Shown here piece by piece: positions 1 to 10,400 of a DNA stretch of 64,000 nucleotides. The notes beneath the pieces were generated by a model. It saw only the letters and a list, made by a program, of their open reading frames with translations, was not told the origin of the DNA and did no database searches. The position numbers were made by a program, and so were the translations under genes. Every line of letters begins with the position of its first letter. Position 1 is the stretch's first letter. Source of the DNA: Octopus sinensis (taxonomy: Eukaryota); NCBI RefSeq assembly GCF_006345805.1, contig NC_043009.1, positions 56,420,001 to 56,484,000 on the forward strand, read 5' to 3'.

Positions 1-1348
1 ATCTCAAGCTGGATTCAGCAAAAGTATCAAGAAATTTCAGCTGGCGTTTGTTGAACAGTTAGAAACTGTATTAGTTTATAAGAATAAATTATTGCCAGTC
101 AATATGTCTTGCCTTCTGAGTACTTAACATGCAAGTTTGTTTTGTTTTTATCATAAATGAAGTTTCAATTTTGAACAGATGCAGGTTTAGTTGATCAAGT
201 TGGCTGGCAGCATGTTTTTCAAAAATTTCTATTTTTAAATAATTAGCTTACTTTTGATGCTAATTAATTATTATTTTAACATATTGTGATTATAAAGTTT
301 GAAGTTTATGTCGCCAACTTTCTCTAAACTTGTTTCTTTCACTCTTGAGAGGTTCCCAAATCAATTAGATGGTTTACTGTGAAATGAATGTTCTTTATAA
401 GAGTTATTGTAACAACAACTCTGAATAATTTTATGTTTGCTGCTAATGTTGGTAATTCATTTAATAATACAAAATCTGATATAAATTAACATGTATTTTA
501 ATTGCAAATCATAAGATTGTTTGTTTTGTGTTGTTACAAAACTCTTTGCCATCTATTTTGGGAATCTTTATTGGGTTTATTTTGCCTTAAACTGGCTAAG
601 TTGTATCAATGGAATCCATTCATTTTGCAAAATTACGAAGAAACCCTGTTGTGATTCACTGGACAAGAATCATTTTCCATCAGATAGTGGAGCTTGAAGA
701 AGGAGCATCAAAAGAAAAGCTGTAGGAATGAAGATGCTACACACTTTCTTAAATGAAGATGGTTTTCTGATTATGCATTTACATGTGAAATATAGGGCGG
801 TGTTATTTCTTTTACACCGTGCTGTAACAAACATTAGAAATTGATAAACAGGTGGAAAACATCGCTCCTGCTGATCATTGATATTCTTGGTAATAAATAC
901 TTCAAAAATATTTTTGTATCCTGGATTTGTCATTCTTTGTTGGCCATTTACTAGGTCATTTCTGACCTAAGGAATGTATCTTATAGTAAGCATCACGATT
1001 CCTTCCAAAGCACCTGTTAAGTTCCATTCTTTTGGATGTCAGGTAAGAGTTTGGACATTTCTTCATACTCTTTATATTTCAATTATATTTTTAAAGTAAG
1101 CTGTGTAATTTGGCTCCTTGCCAATATTTAACAATTATTGACATGTGAATTATTTCAGTGTATTTTCAAAGTCACGGCTTACTCAAAACACTGAACTTGG
1201 TCACGCTAGTTCATTTATATAAACTGAATAATCGAGCATTCGGTTTTTTCCCCTCTCCCTCAGAACTTGAGATTATGGTGATTTATTTTGTGTTCACATT
1301 TCCAAAATATCATATTTCATATTTTGAGTCTGTTTTTGTTCTTTTCAG

Positions 1349-1477
1349 GTGAAACCATCACAGAAATTGCCAGTTCTATATTTGATTGATTCGATAATAA
1401 AGAATCTGGATGATTGTGAATATCCTCAGCTTTTCAGCAAAAATATAGTTGCTATATTTTGTGATACTTTTGAAAAG
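1349..1477 (+). CDS. PCF11: PCF11 exon (CID: VKPSQKLPVLYLIDSIIKN...TFEK)
   Basis: ttttcag acceptor, gttagg donor, 43 codons, phase 0/0; not in the ORF track. Confidence 0.92.
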
Positions 1478-4400
1478 GTTAGGATGAGTTGCAGTGATTT
1501 TTATGTAGATTTCTAAACCTTAATATTCAGATGGGTGGGTTTTGTGAAAGGTAATTTGGATGCTCTTTAGTTGAATAAAGTTTAGCTTTTTTTTTTTTCA
1601 ATTTTGATTATCTCTAATTTTCAATTCTCTTGTATTGATTGCTTTATTAAAGAATATATTTCAATGATTTTGTGATGTGCTTTATACATCAGATGTTTTA
1701 CATTGAACAGAGAACTTAAGTTATCAATTAATTAGTTTGTAAAGTTACTTGGCTATTTTTCTATTTTGAGTTCTTAGTACTGTGCCAAGTAGATTTGCTA
1801 CACATTAATTCATTTGCTGAATATGTTTGTAATGGAAAAGGTTTCCGAAATGTAAGAAGATTGACAGACTGACTATTGGGTTTGTATTGCTAAATATACA
1901 GGTTTTTTTGGTATATAGGTGGATGAAAAAACCAGAGGATCCATGTACAAACTTAGACAGACTTGGCAGATGTTTTTCCCTAACCAGAAACTATATGCAC
2001 TTGATATGCGCGTGAACATGTTGGATCCAGCTTGGCCCATCATCGCAGATCCTCCTGGACAAGGAAACATACATGTGAACCCAAGATTTTTAGTCCAGGT
2101 AATAGATATGCTGCCAGCTCCAGTTGATGAATTTTTACCCCCTTTCCCTTAGTTACAATAAAAGATTAGTCAATTCCATTTTTACTAACCTATTACGTAT
2201 TGCCTTGTCATGCGAGGAGTGTTTCAGTTCTACAGAATTTTGTTGCAGTAAATTAGCTTATTGTTGAAATTATTGTTCATTCTTAGAGAAATGCTTTTCC
2301 AAATTTTCATTTTGCTTCATGGAAATTTCTTATATGTATATATATTTTTTTTTACTGTGGTTGCATTTAATCTGTTAATCCATAATTTATCCAAAATCAT
2401 TCCTTAGTGTATATGTACCTGTTTTATGAGGTCAAAGCTTCATAACGGTTTGTTAGGTTTTCCCCAACTGGGATCGTGTATTAAAATACAAGTTGTCACA
2501 ATTTTATTTATAAAGTGTATTTTTTTAATTAACCTCCATTTTGAGAGTGTTTATCTGGTAAAATGTTTAGTTGTTGCCATTTGGTTTTCGGAAGGTACTG
2601 CTGCAGCAGTAATGTACTGGAGTGAGTCACAGATTTTTGTGGCCTTTTAAGTAGTCTATTTAATCAACAGAATATTTATGAATAGGTAGATGGAGGGTTT
2701 TTTTGTAAAAGAGTATAAGTGAAAGGTTGCTTCATTATTCAGAACATACTGATTTCTTTTATTAGCTTAACTATTATGCAGTATTTGCCATATAATTTTC
2801 TAGAATCAAAGAATTCTTCCTTTCATTTTGTCATTAGTAAGTGGTTTGAATTCGTATTTTTCTCTGTAAATTTAACTTTGTTTAGAATTGATTTGAGGTA
2901 TTTATACTCTTTAGTCACCATGGTAATAAGTTAGGTGTTGTGTTTTACTGCATAGAGCCAGGAAAAAAATTTTTCTTACTCAGAAGAATATGTATACAAA
3001 ATAAGTCCTGTCATCATCCAACTTCCCTTTCCCATTTTGTCTGCTGCCTGTTTTTTCTATGTATATATAAATTGTTTGCTTCATATTTTACCCATCTTAA
3101 GCAGCACAATTAAGATTTAGAGTTCAAGCTAATTGAATATCTCATTTGTCCATTTCCATGGAAATAAACACTTCATGTTCATTTCAGTTGGTTTTAATAG
3201 ACTTATCTCATTCAGATTAACTGGTTTGATTTTTTTTTTTTTTCAAGTAGTATCCTTTTCATTTCCTCCACTTGATAAGTATTTGAAGTTATTCTAAAAG
3301 GTTGGGCAGTAAGTTTGTTTTTTGAAAGACAATGGTTTATAAAGGATGGTAGTAATAAAAATTAGGTATTTTCGTTTGTGATTATCTTGATGTCTCTATA
3401 TTTATTAAATTAGCTACTGTCCATACAAATTTGAAACGGCAAGTTTCACAAATAAGATCATTGCTAATTTCAATAAAACTTTACATTTTATTAACCTATC
3501 GAATGTTCAGTAGTCAGGCAGCTAATTAATGCTGTCTTTTCTGAACAGAAAGAGGAAGAAAGAAAACCTGTTGAGCAACCAGAAACTTTGATGAGAAAAC
3601 AGTTGATAGCTAAGCAGCAAGAATTACTGGGAATATTGCAGCAGCAGGTGGACCATGACTCAACAGAGCCTTCAGCTAATTCACCAGAACGTATCAACAA
3701 GCACCAGGTAATGGTGTGCTGGGTTCTATTTTTCCAAACAGAAAATTGCGACTACTAGGGTGTGGGGTTTTTTATTTTTTTTTTTATGCAGTGTTTTTGT
3801 TTTTAATTTATACAATAATAGGGACCCCTTTCATTTTATATGGTAGGTATGGATTAAACTTTGAAATAATCTAGGTTGAGGTTCCCCATTCCTAAGAAGC
3901 ATGCATGTTATATAATGGGTTGTATTGTTTGTAGTTGGATGATGACTTATATACATACAGTATTGCTTTAAATATTCCTTAGATTTTTTTCTATTCAAAC
4001 TTTGTATATACGTCCCTTTGACTAATTTATTTTTTATTTATCGTTTGCATTTAGTTAGCTGTGCTCATTTTAGTGAGAAATTAATAGTAATACTTATTTT
4101 CCTTCTTTTTTTTCTCTCAACCCATAGGACAATGACTTCTCTGTGATTAACGATTCATCAAATGCACCAGTTTCCAAAAAAGCTAAATTGCCTTTACCTA
4201 AAACCGATTTTGTAGCATCACGTGATCAAAAGATTAATAATAGGCAAGATAATACAAGCTTGATACAGACTACCCCTTCTGTAACACTATCTGCCAAAGC
4301 CAGAGACCCACGTCTAGCCAGAGATCCGCGCTTAGCATCTAGAGATCCTAGGATTCAAACTATTAGTCGCAAAAACAAAGAGGAGTCTAATAACACGGGA

Positions 4401-7400
4401 GCAGCTGAAAAGGAGTCTGCAAATACAAACACTCTTGTTCTCAAATATAGTTTACCATCTAATATGCATAATTTCGATGCTGGTGTGTCTCCCTGTCATA
4501 CAATTCCTGTCTCTAGAGACACACAGAGGCTAGAGATTACTCCCAAAATAGCTATTGATGATTCAAATGCCATTAAAAAGAAATTGCCAAAGGGTGAGAT
4601 AGATGCTACAAATGAACAGATGTTTTTACCTAGCCTTCCTTGTGATTCAGAAGTAAGACATCCAACAAGTATTTCTTCAGTTCCTGATAGACTTTTAGGT
4701 AAAACCAATTCTGGAAATTTCATGGAATTAAGTGCCACTGAAGATTCAAGGTTTTCTTCTGAAGGCTCATCGATGGATGTGACACCACAGCCATCAAACA
4801 CTGTTACACCTCATTCAGCTCTCAGTAGTTCTAAATTAGGTGAGGAATCTGTTGATTTAATAAACAAGCCTATACAGTTTTCTGGAGATTATCTCAAAGC
4901 AGATACTTGCATTCCAAGTAAAACACTAAGTGAAGAAGACAAGCATAGTGATAAATACCAGACTGGTGATAAGATACGATCTTCGTCGAGGGATCGACAA
5001 AAGGCCGGTGATGATGGGGACAAATGCCGTAGACGGGATGACCGAGAGAATTTGCGCGAACATGGTCGTCACAGTCGAGACTTTAGAGGTAGTCGGCGTG
5101 GTGAACGTCGGGAGGATGATACACGAAGATTTGGTGATAAGGATGAAGATAGGCGTAATCGACACCGAGAGGATGAATATCGTGACCGTAACACAGATAG
5201 GTTTGGGCGTGAGCGACGTAGTAAAGATAGGTTTTCTAGTCGGTACAGAGATCGCTATGATGATGATGACCATGAGAGATCTAGATGGCGAAGAGGTAGA
5301 GACCGATCTCCTTTTCGGCGTTCGCCTGAGTCAAGTGGTGCACGTAATTGGCATCAGGAAGAAAGGAAATATAAAGATCAAAGATCTGACATGTGGAAAA
5401 ACTCTGTAGATGGGCATATGTCTCACAATGATAATAATGACCAGATGTCTTCAAAAGGGAATCAAATGCGTCGCAGTCCAAATCATAGCAAGTCTATCTC
5501 TAGCAATAGTAGGCATGATAATTCTGGTCCCAAGGAAAGTCTTAATGGGAAATCATCTGATGAGAAAAATCTTAAGAGAGATAGGGATTATAGAGAGGTC
5601 TCCCTAGTAAATGCATCTGAGTGTGGCTTGTCAGGACCAACTAGTCAAAAGCAAATTTGTCCAGATCCAGGAATTGATGTGCCAGAGTCTTCCAGTACAA
5701 AAGAAGATTTAAGGTTAGTTAATATATTTCATCTTAAACGTGGTTATTAAAATTTGTTCTATCCTCTGAGTCACTGTGTACATGTTGCACCTGTCTGAAA
5801 TCTAAATTGCATAAAGTCTGGTGATTTATGTAAAATCCCTTTTGATACAAACTTTCAGTCTTAAGATGAACATTGAAATTTTGTGTTGATGTATCTCCCA
5901 AACACCAGCTTAATAATTTTACTGAATCATTTTTCTAAATAAGTTTTATTCACTTGATATTTTACATGAGTATATTTAAAGAATAATGCCACTATAGTTC
6001 TCTATGCAACTATGTTTATGATCATTCTAATAGATTTGTCTTGTAATGACTATTTTATAATACTTTTCAGTGATTTATTTGGTAAAGAAGATCAAGATTA
6101 CAGAGTACCACCTAGCAGAATGAATGATCACCACGTCCCGTTTATGAGAAGTGGTAGTCACTCAGGTTGGGCAAAATTCAAAGCAGATCATCCTGATAAC
6201 TTTGCAGAGGAAAATGATGCATGTACAACTCCAAAGGATATTGATGAACGCTACAAAGATGTTGATATGCGTTGGAATTCAGGTCAGAGGCCCGGCTGCT
6301 TGCAGAATGCATTTAAATCTCCATATTCTGGAAGAACATTAGATTCTGCTACGAGAAATGAACATACTAACTTAATTATAGGTGCAGCGAAACTAGCTCA
6401 GTCAGGCAAATTGTCTCATGAAGAGCATCAGTTATTTCTAAAGCAAATTGGTAATTTGCAGAATACTTATGATAAGTCTAGTAAAGATCTTGATCATTAT
6501 GAAGATGGTCAAAATTTTGATCAAAGGTCCCATGACATTAAAAACTACCATGTACATGATCAGATAAAATCAAACAAGTGGGTGTCAGAAATAAATTCTG
6601 ACGTTAATTCCCACAGTCCTCAAAGAGATACATCCCATTTATTTCTCTCTAATCATCATCAAGATGCTGATATGAGAAATCAAGTTAATGAAATGCCTCC
6701 ATGTATTGTCCCACTTTCTAACCAACCACATCCAGTCCACTCCAATAATGCACCTTGGGGTCCAGGTCCATTAATGCAACCTGATTTGGTAGATCCACGA
6801 TGGAAAGGAAATGCAGTTGTAATGGATAGTGAAATGTCTGAAGTTGTGATTGACCATAAACCTTATGAAGTTGTACTCAATGGAAAGCGTCGAAAAATTA
6901 GGTTGCATGGAAAAGTATTTGAAATGTTTGCTGATGGTAGAGAAAGAGCTATATCAATAAACAACCACTTATATTACCGATTTGGTGAGGATACTAAAGA
7001 TGTACAAATTGATGGTCGCTGGCACAGAATACATTATCAGGGCCAACCTAAACATTTATGGATTGATGGACAAAGTTTTGAGGTACGAGTAGATGCACCA
7101 CCAAGGCGCATTGTTCTTAACAAAGTTGAACACTTTCTACACATTGATGGAAGAGATATGATGATTTTTGTTGATAGAGTAAAACAGGGCATATTTGGTG
7201 GACCAACAAGGAGTATATTTATTAACAATATTTGCCATGAAATACGTTTTGATCCTCCACCAAGGCAAATTTTGATTGATAGTAAGCAATGTGAATTAAA
7301 ATTGAACTGCCGTATACCTTTTGTTGTTATTGATGGCAAACCACATGGTATCAGGTTTGATGGTCCAGATCGGGAAATTATCATAGACGAAACTCCATAC

Positions 7401-10400
7401 ATGGTTCCACTTGATAAACCAATTAAAATTCGTCTTGGCAAACGTCCTCATTTTCTTGCATTTGGTGGCCCTGCACATGAAGTTATTATTGATGGTAAAT
7501 GGTTTGAAGTTCGATTTGACGGTCCACCAGTAGAAATACATCTTGGTAACAGAACACACACTGTCATGCTGAAAGGGGCCTCTCCTACAGTAAAAATTCT
7601 CGGAGAGTTGCCTATTACCCCTGAACCTAATAGACCACAATTTACTTTTGGTAATTCAAATATGTTTGCTCCGGCACCTCTAGTTAATAACTTTAATCGA
7701 CCAAGAGTACCAGATAACTTTCAGCCAAGACCTCCACATTGGGATGTTACTTTTGAAAGGAGACAAAATCAACCAGACACAATGACAATGATTCGACCAT
7801 CTCATTTCCCACCAGAGAGACCTTTGGAAGGTTTACGGTTCCCAACAATATCTCCCATCATTGGGTCAACTTCTGTACAACCACTTCCAGCTCCCAGTTT
7901 AATGAATAGTGGCCAGCCACCATTTTATCCCAACATGGCAGGAACTATCGCTATCCCACCACTATCAACCCTTCCTCCAGGTTTAGGTCCAGTTCCAACA
8001 CCTGCACCTCCACATCAGTTTCCACAAATTACTTTTACAACAGGTTAGTGTTAGTTACGTTAATCATTTTTACATATTTATGAAAAGGTGTTGTTTAAAT
8101 TTCATCTAATATTTTTTTCCTAATATTTCTTTTAGCTGGCTTCGGAAATATCTCTACTCCTGCCATATCATCTATTCCAGTTACTCAAACTGCTCTTGCA
8201 ACAGCCAATATTGTTTCTAACACTGTACCTGCTCCACCTCTCACAGTAAATGCTCCTACATTGTTACCAGGCCTAGCATCCCTTCCTTCAGCACTCAACA
8301 AAATAGGTCCACCTCCTAATAATTTATGTAAGTAACTATTTGAAATGTTCTTGTACTAATTATTCTTATTGTTCATTCCATATGTGTGAGGGAATAAAGT
8401 GAAATGTTATTTTTAAAACTTAAATAATTACTTTATCAGAACAGATTTATAATTAGCTGTAAGAGCAATACTTTAGTCTTATAAAACTGCATATTTGTAA
8501 TCCATACAGAAGTATCGGGACTACAGATGTAAAAGAAATCAAGTTTCTTTTCTTTTTCTTTTTTTTTTTTCTTGATAGAGAAAGAACTTCAAATTTCTAA
8601 TTAACATCATTTTAATCTTGCTTGAAAATCAACATATAGTAAATTGTGTTTTTTTGTTTTTTTTTCCAGTAACAGTCAATCAACCCCAGCCAGTAACACA
8701 GCCTATTGATGTTGCAACTCTCTTCCAAAAACTTGTCAGTGTGGGTATTATTCCAAATAATGCTGTCAAAAAAGAAAAGGAAGAGCCACCTGAAAAGGTT
8801 TATATGCTAATTCATTTAGTTATGTTGTTTGTTTGTTTGAATCTGCTTGTTACTTGCATTCTATCTTATTTTTTCTTTGTTTTTTTCTTTTTCTAGGAAA
8901 AAGAACCAGAACCTGAAGTTGTTCCAGATTTAACTGATTTCAAAACTGCTGAATTAAAAATGTAAGTATGATTTTCTTTTTCATGTAGCATATAAAAGTT
9001 GCAATGGTTGTAAAAATCAAGTGTTTTGTCTCTTTACTTTTGAAACATAGTTTTCCCTCACTCTTTGCTCCACATTATTTTTCATTGCTGTTGCTATTAT
9101 ATCGTTAGTGGATTTCTTCAAATCGAAATACTACTAAAGAGTACTTTTTTTTCCTCATCACTCCCTACCCCTCACACACACACACACACACCACCACAAC
9201 TAAGGTGCATTCAAAGAAGTATTTTAATACTTGGCTTAATTTTTGTTACATAGGTTTATTCACTTTAAAAAAATTTTTAATCTTTTTAATTTCAAGCTGG
9301 CTTCACTGGAAATATCTCTACTCCTGCCATATCGTCTATTCCAGTTACTCAAACTGCTCTTGCAACAGCCACTACTGTTGCTAACATTGTACTTGCTCCA
9401 CCTCTCACAGTAAATGCTCTTCTGTTAATAGTTTGGCAAATAGGTTATTTTTCCTCTTACAAATTACTGAGATGGAAGTACCCACTATTCCCTTAACTTT
9501 CAGTAAAATTATTCCTTGAATATAATCTGTTGACAGAGATAGATTCAAATTTCAGGTGGCACCTAATACTTATTTATTGTAAAAATAGATGGATCATAAA
9601 TATGCACACAAATGAAATACAGGCAAAATATTAGATCAGAATTGGAAGTGTCTTTCTGAAACAATGCTGCTTTTGGTACAAGAATTCTCATAAATCTTCT
9701 AGTGTATTTTTATGGGTAGATGGGATTTAGGATTCCGTTAAGAAAGGAATGTTTAATTTCTAGAATTTAAATAAAATTTACATGAAACATAATAAACCAA
9801 TGTGGGAACCTTACTGTAATCACTCGACCTGCTAGAAGTAGCAACCTAATTTTCTCAAATCACTTTCTGCCATCTTTAGAGAAATATATTAGCGAGTGTT
9901 GTCCTGGATATGTGCAAAGATGGGTTAGTGATAAAGGCTCGGCCTGCTCAACCAGAGTTGCTCTTAAGTTAAACAATAGCAACATTAAGCACAAAGTTCA
10001 ATTATCAGTTCTTGCATGAAGGCATAGTGCAAGGATTAGAATTACTGCCAATAATATAAAGACTTTCATTACCTTGACTTCTACAATATTAATTAAATCC
10101 TTCTGAATATATTTTTAAATTTACAAACAGCAACTAACACCAGTATATAATTAATTGATATTGGTTTGTAAAAATTTGAATTTAGATTTTTCATTTTACA
10201 TTTATTTTTTTCTTTCTGCCTCTTGTAGAAAATATGTACAGTTTATTAATGAGATATATGATGGCATCCAGTGTTCTTCATGTGGTATACGGTTCACCGT
10301 TGATGATACAGAGAAATATCGAGAACATCTTGACTGGCATTTTCGGCAAAACAAAAAAGAAAAAGATGATTATAAAGTTGCTAAATACAGGAAATGGTAT

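Noticed and set aside
670-933. 87-aa minus-strand ORF in PCF11 intron 1
   Set aside because: No recognisable homology or splice context
3935-4030. Possible C/D snoRNA (ATGATGA box) in a PCF11 intron
   Set aside because: No D box (CTGA) or terminal stem at a plausible distance
4496-7640. Antisense and alternate-frame ORFs over the large PCF11 exons
   Set aside because: Shadow ORFs of a long coding frame, with no recognisable motifs
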